Source of the DNA: Octopus bimaculoides | Taxonomy: Eukaryota | Assembly (NCBI RefSeq): GCF_001194135.2 | Contig: NC_068981.1 | Coordinates: 68,423,402 to 68,474,541, forward strand | DNA length: 51,140 nt | Direction: 5' to 3' | Shown here: positions 12,474 to 26,877 of the stretch, piece after piece | Layout: every line of letters starts with the position of its first letter | Numbering within the stretch: the first letter of the stretch is position 1 | Made by a program: the position numbers and the translations under genes | The notes under the pieces: generated by a model | The model's database searches: none | Told to the model about the DNA's origin: nothing | Seen by the model: the letters and a program-made list of their open reading frames with translations, nothing else

Positions 12474-14830
12474 GTATACATATAGATGGATGTTCTTTTA
12501 ATACGAATGTCAATTCGGTTGAAATCAGTTGATACTATATTTGCTATCAAGCTATCAAGCATGAATAAGTTTATGTTAAGGTTTCACAATGGCACACCAT
12601 ATGAAAACATCTTCTAATAGGGTGTGAATCTTCATCACATTTTGTTCCTACTGTCTGTCAAAATAAATTTTGTTATTTTCAATACAATACATTCTGCAGA
12701 ATATTTCAATTGTTGTATATTTTCCTGAGCTTGTTCGAATCATGACATTTACAAGGCAAATATATAGCAATGTTTTAAAAATGAAATTCAATTTACTTCA
12801 GCGTGTTTTAATGTAGGTATCACTACTTCATATTTCAAGGAAAATTGACATAGATTCCTCAAATGGAAATAATTAGATTTTTACTTGCGTTTTCTAACCT
12901 CAATGGACACCTGAAATATTTTTTAGCAGATCACATTTGCAATTTGAAATGGAAAGCAACATAATTTTTATCTGTTTCTAACACCGGGGAATGTATCCAA
13001 TGAATTTATAATTCTTTTTATACTTGCAAACAGCTTGGTTTGGAAGTGCTGTCCAACACATGCTCTGCATACCAAACGTTAATAGGTTTCTGGAGTCATC
13101 ACGAGAGAATGTACACCGTTCCAGGACCTTTTATAATCTCCACCCACTAGGTCGACTGGCCTGTGTTCGATATTAAGTCCTTATCATAATCATTAGCAGC
13201 ATGCAAATTGTGGAGTCATGCAGGTTAGACTCGCTATATAGGCAAATATGTACTTGCATTAAACATTCTCCAGCCAGGATTCATCAGCCCAATTTGAAAT
13301 AGAAGTAACTGTATTATTAAAGTCATTTATTGTGTAAAGACCAGGACACAGATTTTACTAGCCACAATTCAATAGGTAATTAATTATAAATGTAAAGAGT
13401 CGCTTAGCTAGAATGGATTTATTGCTTCCTTCATCCATATATACTTAAAAAGAAAGAACAAAAATGCAGTTCACTTTGGATGCATTTACTAAAACTAATG
13501 AAATCAATATCTAACCTCTGCATTGTCTACTATGTACCGTTGTTCTGAAGTAGCAAATTAAAAACGTTCGTAGTTAAATAAAATTGTTGTTAAAATATTA
13601 TGTAATGACATCTATTGTTGAGTCAAATATAATATACAGAATATATACTGAGTTAGAAGCTACTGCTTTGTACCTTTGCGTCATATAAGTACGTTCTATA
13701 TCAATAAAAGTAGAAAGAGTTTTAAAATGTTCACCGACACAACTACAAAAGAAATAGAAGCCATGTTATTTTTCTATACGTTAAATTCGATTATGAGGAA
13801 AAAGAATTTGAGGTGCATGGCAAATTTTAATCATGCAAAAGGAAATTTATGTACAGGCAAATAGGAAACGTTAACCGTAATTTAAAACCCCAAATTAGAA
13901 GGCAAAAAATGTATATGGATACGTCTGAGAGAAAATTATTTCATGAACACATCAATGAAAATCGATAAGACAGAAACTAAAGGGACTATTAGGCGGGCCG
14001 TTTCTTTAGTGAATATAAATGATTTGCTGAAGAACGAAAATTAAAAATTAAGTAAAGAATCAAAAGATAAGGAAAGTAAAATAAGATGTGTGTGTAAAAT
14101 AGTGAACATTTTAAAACGATCATAATTACAAGTATATTAGTCTGATATTCATCAATTTCGTTTAGTATATACGTTGCATTAATATTATATAAAAGAAAGA
14201 TTGTATTATAAGTGCCACGATATAATAAGCGACGTTTAATGCACTCTGAATATAAGACGAGCGAAGGGAAGGTTTACTATTCATCAACAGTGTTCTGATT
14301 GCTTTTAACCAATAGTTATTTTCAGAATTACCTGAGAATCAATATGCTGATTGCTGGCGATAATACAAGGAATATCCACCGAACCTACTATTTCACTAAT
14401 CAAAATTTATAGTTTCAGAACTGTGAACATTACTTTTGGAAATGTCCTATTTAATGAAGACTACGATATTATATTGAAAACAAAAAAAAAAAAGGAAAAA
14501 AGATAATAAAGAAAAGCTACACATAAATTTATATTCACATTATCTTTAGGAATGCATATACGAAATCACACAAACACATACACATACGCACATTTTGTAA
14601 GATTAGTTTCTAGTTGAAAAACAAGTTTAACCATTCAAATCAACTCGGTTGAAATGTTCTTTTACAAGTATGCTCATAGAATGAATATACAAATATCTAC
14701 CTACATATATCTACATTAATCAGAATGATAGAGTCAACTCACTATCCTTCCTGCTTGCATTTTTCTAATATATAAATACAGGAGTACATATATGCATACA
14801 AATTTAGGCATACCTATATGTATGTTTGTT

Positions 14831-14886
<56 letters not shown>

Positions 14887-16069
14887 GATTACTAAATCAC
14901 ACATTAACTTCATCTTGATGTTAAAGGGTTGACTAATTTATGCGCTTTTTCTTTTCCATGATGTGTCTTTTCTAATCTACATGACTACTATATACCTCAT
15001 AATTACCTCCGGACATACCTATTTATTGGCACCCATATAAATCTATACTTACAATATACAAATATGGATATCTTCACTTCATACTTAAAACACAATCGAT
15101 AAAATTAACTTTCCCTTAGTCTAGATTGAATTGTAGTTACTATAGAGATAAGTTAATCAAGTAAGTTTTGAATATTTTCGATTTTAGGTATTGGATATAT
15201 TAAATATTTCCTTTAACTCATATTTAAATTGAAATTAAACTTTTCTTGCAAATTTTTGATCTTTCACCTAATTGTATAATCTTCCTGTGAAAACTAAAAT
15301 CTTAACTTTATCCATTGATGGTATGTTGTTTTACTTAAATTTTTTCCATCATATCACATTTGCTATTGCTGTTAATTTAGTGTGTATTTTGCTTAACTTT
15401 AATGAACAGGATGTTGGACATTTTTTTTTATCGCTTTTTAATAGTTTTTTATCCTTTGTTAATTTTATGCCTGACCCTGAATGATTCATGTTATTCCATT
15501 GTTGTAGTATTATCAATCTCATCTTATGGGTGACTTAAATAAATCTAATCCTTGTTCCATTATTATTTTGTACTTAGCCAATGTTAGTTAATACTAGTTC
15601 CTGATAATTTAAGATAGTGCAATCTAATTAAATTAGTAATTAATTATCATATTATCTATTAATTAATTTAGTTCACCACTATATTCTGTGTTAATTCCAA
15701 TCGTTCATTTTACCAGTTTCTTAAACCTTGATGAGCCCATCATTATATACTATGTAAATCCTATGTATTAATTCTTTGTATTAACTATATAATACGTTTA
15801 ACTCTTTTGTGTCCTTTAAATGATATTAGATATATAAGTTTAGTTTTAAAACTTTAGTCCAATATATCAAAAAAAAAAAAAAATTCATATCTTATCTATG
15901 GGTCCTTTTATTGGTGTAAATAAGTCTAAATTTACTTTACTATAACATTTTAAATTAATACTACCTTATTGTTTTGTATACTGCCTTAATTGATTATTTA
16001 CATTATTATACACTATTTCATTTTCTTGCATTATTAATTTATAATTAGCCTTTATTTATTCACATATTA

Positions 16070-16500
16070 ATTAAGCAAATATCTGTTTTTTATGTGGTGA
16101 CTCCAACTGAGATTGTTATCAACAATTATCCCTCGGTCTCTGATATTATTAAATATTGTGAGCAGTTCCCCTGAAGGAAGAGAGTATGGCTGTTTTAGTA
16201 TAATCTTTTTTCCAAAATGCATCAGCTCAAATTTTCCCTCGTTCAGTTGCATTTTGTTTTTATCTGCCCATTTTCTCATCGCAAATAGATCAGACTGGAG
16301 TTCAATTCGGTCTTCTTCTTCATTTATGATTATCTGGAGCTTAGTGACATCAGCAAATATTTTCATTTTGCAGTGACGCTGGAGAGGTGGACCAAGACAG
16401 TCCCCTGAGAGACACGACTGGTGAATTTTGCCGGGCTTGAGTGGACTCCATCGACCACAATTTATAGTATTCTATTCGCCAGGAAATACTCAATCCCGTG
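16070..16500 (-). mobile_element. CR1-clade LINE reverse transcriptase fragment (decayed)
   Basis: IVVDGVHSS...SRVSQGTVL (GVPQG motif), then KIFADVTK (FADDTK motif), LQSDLFAMRKWADKNKMQLNEGKFELMHFG and IRDRGIIVDNNLSWSHHI. Confidence 0.92.
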
Positions 16501-16501
16501 T

Positions 16502-16548
<47 letters not shown>

Positions 16549-17481
16549 CTTTCCAATGTAGAAGTATATATATACCTCTTCTTGTTTCTGCCGTTGGACA
16601 GAGAGGCCTTATATGTTGAACAACTCAGGTGTCAGCATATTTTTTAAATGCGAGTTTCAGAGATATATGGAATGTGTGTGTGATTGTTTGTGTGTTTGCA
16701 TGTACGTGTGTGTGGATATGCATACCTATATTCCAATTTGTACGACGCTCTGCTGCATTTAGTTATGGAAATTTTATTGGAACCTAGGGACATATTTACA
16801 AAATATAATGTCACTATATGACATTTAATATCAAATATAACGACGGACAAGGCAATACATTGCTGCTAGTATACCATCCATTTCGCATTTGGAACATATG
16901 CTCTCTCCATAACTGAAAGTAAATTTAAACGGATGTCCATAAGCAATCAAAATCGAAAACCATGCTTAGAAATAGTTAAATATAATTCAATATATTGCTA
17001 CTCTAAGTATCTCGTATACATTTGTTTTAAAAGTATAATTAATGTGATTATAATCGATATGATACACTGTAAAATCACCTTAGTACATGCTGATTGATAA
17101 ATCCTAATTAGAACGGTGTACTTTATCCAGGTACCGATCATCCACAGTCTCATCATTATTCTTTTTCAAACCTGTAGAGCTTTCATACGAATTTAGCAGT
17201 TATGTACAAGACGACCAGACATGGAGTGATTCTATTCAAGCATATTTTATTTTGAAGATGTTGGAAAATTTTTTCCACGAAGTTTAATAATTCTAGCTTT
17301 CCTTTGGATCACGTAAAACGTCCATTCTCTTCTGCTTTTTTTCTTATTTTTTTTCTTTTCCTTTATAAACATATGGAACCATTATTCCAAAGGAAATTTC
17401 CACCGGTAACAATACTCTACAAAGGTTATTATCTTTGCAGTTGCTGTTCTAGTCTAAATACACACGCACACTGACTAATAT

Positions 17482-17642
17482 ATCTATGTATCTGTTAATC
17501 TATCTGTCTGTCTGCCTCCCTGTCTGTCTGTCTGTCTGTCCGTCCGTACGTCTGTCTATCTGTCTGTCCATCTGTCCATCCGTTTATCTGTATGTCTACC
17601 TATCTATCTATATATCTATCTATCTATATATCTATCTATCTA

Positions 17643-17696
<54 letters not shown>

Positions 17697-17703
17697 CATA
17701 TAT
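17482..17703. repeat. Compound microsatellite (TCTG)n/(TCCG)/(TCTA)n/(TA)n
   Basis: Read directly from the sequence. Confidence 0.95.
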
Positions 17704-18506
17704 AAATCTATTATGAAATTTAAATGCAGGCAGTGGAGCAAAATACATAAGTTTGAATGCAATTACATCTTGAGGGAAGTCGATGAGTTGAGGTCTATTT
17801 TGAATATTTACAGACTCCAATTTTCAGAACCAGAAGGTAGAAGGACGTCATAATTGTGATAATAATGATACACAGTCCGTTGCCATGTGACAAATGGCAT
17901 ATTTCGTTTTCCTCATCTCATTAATAAGCTACAGTCTAGGGTTCTAGATTATTGAAGAGGGCTAGTGAATTATACTTGGTAAATAATGAATATGGTGAAG
18001 AGACAGGAAGTGTATGAGCTTTTTATTTTCTATGTCCTTTCATTCGTATATCTGTGTCTCACAATGACACAGTCCAAGTGTGTGTCAATCCATTATATTT
18101 GTATTCGTATTAGTATGAATTCTTTACAACTACTCCATAGATATCACTGTTAACTAATGAAAAAATCTCTGTAAAGTAATTATTAACATTCATTTCAGCG
18201 CATTTCACATTACATAACGCCGTAGTAAGCAATGCATATTGTTATATCCGACTTCTCTATATTTTATATCCAATATAACTAATAATACTGGAATAATTAC
18301 AATATCAATCTATATTCCAATGAACGGTTATTTTAATTCTGCAAATTTTCACTTTCAATGTTGTAAGTAAAATCAATAATTCATTATCAATTACATTACA
18401 AGAGACTAAGACTAATTTCTGCATAAAAAGTGATAGCGTTGCAATTATAATGGGAGATATGCTTCAACGTTAAGAACACTAATATCATTCAAATATGCAT
18501 ATATGC

Positions 18507-18565
<59 letters not shown>

Positions 18566-18871
18566 GTATGTGTGTGTGTATATATGCTTGTATGTATACG
18601 TATATGTTTGTGTGAATGTACATATATAGATATGTATATATGTATGCATATGTCAATGTATGCATATTGTATATATATATACATATATATATATAGANNN
18701 NNNNNNNNNNNNNNNNNNNNNNNNNNNNNNNNNNNNNNNNNNNNNNNNNNNNNNNNNNNNNNNNNNNNNNNNNNNNNNNNNNNNNNNNNNNNNNNNNNNN
18801 NNNNNNNNNNNNNNNNNNNNNNNNNNNNNNNNNNNNNNNNNNNNNNNNNNNNNNNNNNNNNNNNNNNNNNN

Positions 18872-18904
<33 letters not shown>

Positions 18905-21813
18905 CATACATACACTACATGTTCATATGTGAGTGTATGTATTTATGCATGCATATATACTCCCCTATCTCCTAGTTCTTTGATTAACTGAAGCTGGCGG
19001 ATTCGCCATGGGAATATATAAGGTCAACGTCAACTTTCGGTTTACAATTACAATATATGCAGACTAACACATACAGAAAGACAAAGAGAGTGGGAGAGAG
19101 GGAAGGGGAGACATAGAGTATAAAAGAAACGGAGAAAGAGAAAGAGAAAGATTAACTTACGAATAGACAACAGTACAGAGAGTATATTAATAATATATAT
19201 GCACTCTTCGGTATAAATATAAACACATTTTGTTGGTTAAACATTCTCTTTAATACGGTAGATCTCTAAATGACATTTATTCAATCATTAATCTGTTTCT
19301 TATAAACCAACAAACAACTGTCTTGTCTGCTCCCTGACATATGTTTGTTATTGCAAACATAATACTTATCAAAAGATACCAAAACGAAGGATACACAAAG
19401 TATACCAACACACGAAATGATCAGTACAAGATAACAAAATACAGTGATAAACATGCAAAATTAGAAAAGTACGGATGGAACGTGTAATGTAATTGCTTTA
19501 ATATATTATGTATTCACTTCATTTACTTTCAAAATGTCAAGTGAAAGATATATAAAAGAAAGCTGCATGGTTAGTTCTCGAAGCTTTCAAGAAAATTAGG
19601 TTTGCTTTAAAAGTATAATTGATGAAATTTCATTAGTATTATAAGTAAATATAATGAATTTTCATGTGATGGAATTCATACAGAGACCGGAAATGGGAAT
19701 TTTTATGAGAATCAAATTAATTCTGTGTGGCAAGCTACCATGAATGTCAATCACTACGTCTGTGTTGAGTTAAACATGATAGTTTACTGCCAGTAGAGTG
19801 GTAGGTTATACAACACCATTAGGAAATTAGACGCCAGATGTGAGTTGTGTGGGTCATTATGAGGTTGTATTGATGTATTATTATTATTTTTTATATGAAA
19901 TGAGAAAAATAAATTAAAATCATTGGCTAGAAAATAAAAAAAAAATATTTTGTATAATTTTGGAAACTGAATGAAGGATTTTACCGAGAGAGCTAGACAG
20001 GATTCTTAGAATGCAAAAAGATGTTCAAGTAAACAATATCAAATGAAAAAAGAATGCTTTTAATATTCCTGTCTTAACGTGCATATTAACTAATGCAGTT
20101 TAGGAAAGTACATATAAACTTTTTCTCCTACTATATGGAGGATGTTTTCCTACGTGTAACTACGTCTAATTCTTTTTGTATGAATTTCAATAGATTCGTT
20201 GCTCATTTTAATCGAAATACCAACAAATATGTGTAATTTAAACTATAAACGAAACCATTTTAAAATATTACATCATTTAATGTTTGACATAGTATGACAT
20301 ATAGCACAATATGACAAATCTCGCTATAATATGTATTGATAGCATGAGAATTAACTTTTATGCATTGGAAATATTGGACCATCACTATATAACTCGGATG
20401 TCGAAGCACAATCGAACCATCAATTAACACAATGACAGTGGTTGGAAGATGTGTAAATTTAAAACGTTAGAAACGTATCAATAATAATGAGAAAATTAGG
20501 GATTTCCAAACTGATATTAACGTCATAAATAATAAATATTAATTCTACAATTATAATGTGAAAGACTTTACACTGTCAATTTAAAACACTTTGAACTTAA
20601 TTCCAGCTTCATTTATTACTCAAGAAGCTTAAATTAATATTAACATACACCTACATACCGACACATGTTAGGACTTATTTTTTATAATATACAAAACTCT
20701 AATTTAAACTGATTAATTAAAATTGTATTTCCTCCAGCTAAATATTGATATACTCCAAAACTTGTGCTTGACTCACTTCTGTCAGTTGTGAATATTTCCG
20801 TCAACAGTGATTTGTTTATTTGAATTTGACGATTTATAAACCCACGGATAATTTTGCTATTATCATGAAATCACGAGACAAATAATCAGTTGTGATGAGA
20901 ATAAATTTTAAAATTACAATCGCCTTTAACTATATACGTTTAGAATGTTTACGTTTCAATACAGAATTAGAACATATATGTTATCAAGCAAGATTAACAC
21001 TACTTATGTTTAAAAACAATTCATATTTATAATAAATCACAAATTACCGATTTAAATTCAAATCAACACCGCAATTTAGAGTGCAGTATCCGATTCATTG
21101 ATATGAATGGTAACTGGAATATGGTTTCGAAAATGGTATATTATTTGTAAAATATTGTAAGATAGATGCTAAACTGACAGTTGCATATATGCGACTGGAA
21201 ATAGAATTGTTTAATTGTTGACACCCGTAAAAGTAATTTGTCTTTAGTATTAAAGATACAAATCTGATAGATTATCCCAACTTGACACATATACGTGCGT
21301 TTATGTGCGTTAATTTGTATGTGTGTATGTGTTTGTGTGTGTGTTCATGAATGTGCGTTTGTGAATACATATATGCTTCATATTCACATATATTCGTACA
21401 TATGTACGTGTTTTCTTACTGTTTGCATATGCGTTGCATATACATCGTTGAGGTATGTCTGACCGAATATACCGAGCAAATTCTTTACGGTATTTTAACA
21501 ATATACACCTATTCAGTACTTCTCAGATTTGACATTCTTTGACGTCCATTCTTTCTCGTAAACATACAATCTCTCCTTCCGACTGATATCTTTCTTGCTA
21601 TAAACTTTCACTCATTCTCTTCACTTTCTCACATTCTTTTCTTTTCCTTTCCTATCTCACCATCTAATGCTTTACATTATCTCTTTCACATTCGCAACAA
21701 CATTGCTTGCATGCGGACATTGTTCTCTATGGAAACTACATCTTGGGAAAATCAACACGCTTTCATTTCATTCGACAACATACGCATTTTATGTATATCG
21801 ACCATATATATAT

Positions 21814-21960
21814 GTATGTGTCTGTGTTTGTGCTCCAACCATCGCTTGATTACCGATGTTGGTGTATTCACATCCCCGTAACACTAGCGGTTCGGGAAAA
21901 GAGACCGGTAGAATAAGCACTAGGCTTACAAAGACCAAGTCCCTGGGTCGATTTCTTCGA

Positions 21961-21963
<3 letters not shown>
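21814..21963 (+). mobile_element. SINE family A, 3' part
   Basis: gtgtctgtgtttg...ccatcgcttgattaccgatgttggtgtattcacatccccgtaacactagcggttcgggaaaagagaccggtagaataagcactaggcttacaaag...ctgggtcgattt is homologous to the 2785 copy. Confidence 0.8.
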
Positions 21964-22018
<55 letters not shown>

Positions 22019-22580
22019 GCATGTATATACATACATATGTATAAATCTAAATATATATATATATATGTATATGCTGAATATATTTAATTATATTCTAAGA
22101 CGGATTATTGTATGAAAGTATTTCATAATCTGTAACTTATTACATCGAAAGAATAACATTTATATTCCTAAAATGAGAACAATATAACATATGCATACAC
22201 ATTTGCATACAAAAAGATGTTAGAGTGTAACAAGAAATGATTCTTATTGCTAGATTAAAATGCAGGAATTTCAAACCACAAAAAAATATCAACTTGAGCA
22301 AGTTGAGTCTTTTTTTCTCTCTAAGTTAAATTCGAAGTCCCACATATTACTCAGTTGCATCGTTGCATCATAGAGATCTGGCTATATAAATGCCTTCAAT
22401 AAATCTGAGCTCCCCAATCAACCGAAGAGAAATGTGGAGGACAAAACGTATAGAAATGGACACGTAAATGTGACTTTGGAGAGAGTATGTGAGTGACAAG
22501 AATGGAGACAACCATAGGCCCACGCATATAGGTATGTGTGTGTGTATGCATAAACACAGGTTATACATATATGTATATTT

Positions 22581-22638
22581 CTTATTTTTATTTTATTTTT
22601 CCAGCCTCAAAAGACTGTGGCCATGCTGGAACAACGCC
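22581..22638 (-). mobile_element. SINE 3' tail fragment (family A-type)
   Basis: Reverse complement ggcgttgttccagcatggccacagtc plus an A-rich tail, the same tail motif as at 39190-39243. Confidence 0.6.
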
Positions 22639-22885
22639 ACTGTAATCATGTTTTCCGTGGTCATTCTTGTGTGACTGGCTTTTGGTGACACGTCATTTGA
22701 GTTTCTTGTGATATAGGTTGTTTTGGGACATTGAACAGCAGGATGTGAGGTTGGTTTTGAAAGCATCTACCTCTTACTTCATGAAGAGCCCTAAAAATAT
22801 GTGGGTGCATATATATANNNNNNNNNNNNNNNNNNNNNNNNNNNNNNNNNNNNNNNNNNNNNNNNNNNNNNNNNNNNNNNNNNNN

Positions 22886-22920
<35 letters not shown>

Positions 22921-23689
22921 GTGTGCGTGTGTGTGTGATACACACATGCGCACACACGTATGAATGATCTCAAATTCAACTGTATTGACTATTGTATGTT
23001 GGTCTTTTGAGCAAGACTAAACCGGTGTTACATCCCTTATTTCAGTGATGGGAGAAATATGCACTGGTGTCTAGCCATTGAAAATAAAGCATATAAAACA
23101 AAATGTATTGAAGTCTACTTAATTTATCGGGATGTAACTTTTACACGTCATCAATATATATTTTCGAAGGAAAATACATATGTTGATGAGGTACCTGCAA
23201 GAACTGACAACAGAGAAAATGCAATTAATTGAAATAGTTGGTACAATGGAAATGGGAAATAAAATGCATACATTTTGTTCGTAAACGGAAGACTATTGCA
23301 ATAATGGTGAACCAAATTTGTAAGAATAATGGATATTTCAATTTTGTTTCTTCGTCTTCAGTTTAATTCCAATTTAATAACAAACTTCTTAATAGTTTCA
23401 CAAACTTGGGAAAGTAAGTAATTTCATTTAATTATAAATTCTTATGTCTAAACTTTCCTTTCATATATATTGTGAATATGCTATGTATACACGTAACAAT
23501 AAATTGCTATTTTTATATTTTCTCTTTTATAATCTAATTCATTTATGGAAAATTTCTTGAAATTATTAACACCCATAAAATTGCACAATCATATACATTC
23601 TAGAGAACATCAAAGGAGAAATAAATCTCACAAGAGTAAAGATAATCATACATATGTATATAAATATACATTTATAGATACACACCAAC

Positions 23690-23727
<38 letters not shown>

Positions 23728-24312
23728 AAGATATATGAATGCGTGTCTATGAGCGTGCGTATACGTATGTTTCGGTATATAAAAAAATATATATCTGTGC
23801 AGTAGCTGCAAGCGTGTAAACTTAGAGAAAGGCAAAATGACAGAGAGATCCAAATACAGTTCGATGGAAATGTGTCATATAGAGTGACTGATACCCGCAA
23901 ATTGAGCTTTGAGCTGACCCTGTTCATTTGAAAATAAAATGTCCCCTCATTTCCAGTATACAAATATATCAGGATTTCAAGAAATAGCTTTTGCTACAGT
24001 TACGGAACGAAAAGTGCGAAACAACAAATTGTATCAAACAGTAAAACCTCGTCAATTCTCAACGTCCCTACGTTTCGATGACTAAGAATTTTGATACATA
24101 ATTCTATATATACAGTAGGTTCAAATTTGAAATCATAACATATATGGTTTTGTGTTACATCAGTATTTTCCAATATTAGGATTGTTAGCAACGTTAGTTT
24201 AGCAAAGTAAACATAAAAAATGAATATGTTTATAACTGAGAAACATTGCTCAATGATTATCTATAAATGTCACACCATGTGCAATTGAGCAAGCTGGTAA
24301 GTAAAATGGATA

Positions 24313-24314
<2 letters not shown>

Positions 24315-24392
<78 letters not shown>

Positions 24393-24411
24393 TGTGTGCG
24401 TGCGCGTGCGC
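24315..24411. repeat. (GT)n of about 38 units plus a (GC)-type extension
   Basis: Read directly from the sequence. Confidence 0.97.
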
Positions 24412-26516
24412 AAGCATATATGCAAATTCAGGAATTGTGAAGTATACATATCTTTATACCTCTAGCATGTAACATCTGGCAACACTCACAACGTCACGAA
24501 GATATTCAGTTTTATTAGACCCTGTTATTTCTGCCATATCATTTTAAAAATGATAAATACTTTCAATTACAAATACACAATCCTGTGGTATATAATTATG
24601 ATAAATGCAACAATACATCATATATGATTAATATATTTTACATCGCTTCTTCTCACGTTTGAGCATGTGCAATTGTGTGAATGTTTATGTGTGCTTACCT
24701 GTATACACAGTTATTCATGCTATATAAAATTATATGTGTGTGGATATGAGCTTATTTGCGTTTGTAGAATTATGATTGGAAAACCGGTGCAAAGGGTTTT
24801 AGCAATGTGAAATATTTTTAATAAATTTTGAGAAAATTACGTCAAACCGTTTGTGTTTTTCCGATATACGTAAGACACATGCTCAATATACGTCATCTAT
24901 TAGTATTTATACCGATGCCAGCAGGCAACATCTCATCACAAACATTCATATGAATACATGCCTCGATAAATGCATACATCCCATATGGGTTACTGTTAGA
25001 GTAGATGATATTGTCTACAAAACATATCCATAATCTTAAGTAATACCAAGGTCAGAAGGGGTAGTAAACTGAGACAAAAAATGCACTAACGTTTAATATT
25101 CATTGCATTATTCATTTGTATCATTCATAAAATGTTTCTAATTTCTATATCTGAAAAATTAGATATATGCTTAGGCACATGTAGCTTATTCTTGTGTTAG
25201 ACTACAAAACATGCATAAGTAATACCTTATTATTAGGAAGTATATAGCATTCAATATCCTTTTGACATTTTATGTGCTACAAAGTTGATCAATATTCTTG
25301 CATATAAGGCTATGGGTATAGGTTACCTAGTATATCTTAACCACTATGTGTACTCTGCTCGATATTTGCTCCTTTTTTTATATTTCCATAAATGTCTATA
25401 TCTCCAAACTTTTCGTAGATGATTTCCTGCATAGTCGTATGAAAGTTTGTAAATGCAGCCTATTCGCAGATTTTCTAGAACTTCGCATAATGTGTCACCA
25501 AATCCATCCATCCATCCACTCTTTCGTGGGGCCTGATGCGTTATGATCCACTGGCCTTGCATGGGTGGTACACCCTACTGCTCCGTCACATGTGGGTGTG
25601 CTTTCTGCCGAACGATGCTACAACCACATTCACCCATCCATCCATCCATCCATCAATCCCTCCACCCATCCATACATCCATCTGTCCATCCACACATACA
25701 TACATACATACGTGTATATAGGTATGAGTCCGTGTATAAGTATGTGTGTATATGTAAATACGTGTGTGTATCTATAGGTATAAGCATGTTACTGATAAAT
25801 TTGTGAGATTTCTAAAATTATTTTCGAAGTACAATTCTTCTCCAAATTAACATTCTGCTGGATGTGTTAACATATGTTTAGCAACTCCTAACATAACGGC
25901 AAATTAGAATGGTAAATTGTATAATGATCGAGAGCGGAAGTTGATACGTAGCATTATATCTTATAGCATGCACATATTACATATGATTTACAACTTACTA
26001 TAAAGGAAATCATACAACGTTACATGTAAATACATGGACACAGAAGTGTGAAATATATAATAATGTTATGCATGTCATAATACAATATATTAGGATTTTG
26101 GAAAAAACGCCAATCTAATCAGTACATATATAAAATAAACTTAATATATATTGCTACAAAATAAAGAAGCATTTCATTATTCCACGGATTTTTTCTCACC
26201 CGACATATTTCATTACACTTGACATCGTTGTATTGTATATATTTACCGTCGGTCAGAATGTCATGAGGAGTGATTTTTTGCATTTGGAAAACTTCAAACT
26301 TAAACCAGACGTACGAGCTAAATGTTTCTCTCCGTGTATATCCAGAATTTAATAATAGTTTGTTTTTGAGATGCAGAATCTGTATTATCATCACCATTCT
26401 TTCTTTACTGCGCACAGAGAATACGTATTCCATAGAAGTTTCATGAATGCGTAATAAATGCACATACACAAATACATGTGTCTGCATATGTGCAAATGCA
26501 TATACATATGTATATA

Positions 26517-26565
<49 letters not shown>

Positions 26566-26823
26566 NNNNNNNNNNNNNNNNNNNNNNNNNNNNNNNNNNN
26601 NNNNNNNNNNNNNNNNNNNNNNNNNNNNNNNNNNNNNNNNNNNNNNNNNNNNNNNNNNNNNNNNNNNNNNNNNNNNNNNNNNNNNNNNNNNNNNNNNNNN
26701 NNNNNNNNNNNNNNNNNNNNNNNNNNNNNNNNNNNNNNNNNNNNNNNNNNNNNNNNNNNNNNNNNNNNNNNNNNNNNNNNNNNNNNNNNNNNNNNNNNNN
26801 NNNNNNATACACACACACACACA

Positions 26824-26875
<52 letters not shown>

Positions 26876-26877
26876 CA

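Noticed and set aside
14325-14460. Minus-strand exon ending at CAG|gtaatt
   Set aside because: All frames from the plausible acceptors contain stops.
17713-17853. MYND/SMYD-like peptide KCRQWSKIHKFEC
   Set aside because: The acceptor is weak, the upstream cysteines are absent and the ORF is short (46 aa), so chance is likely.
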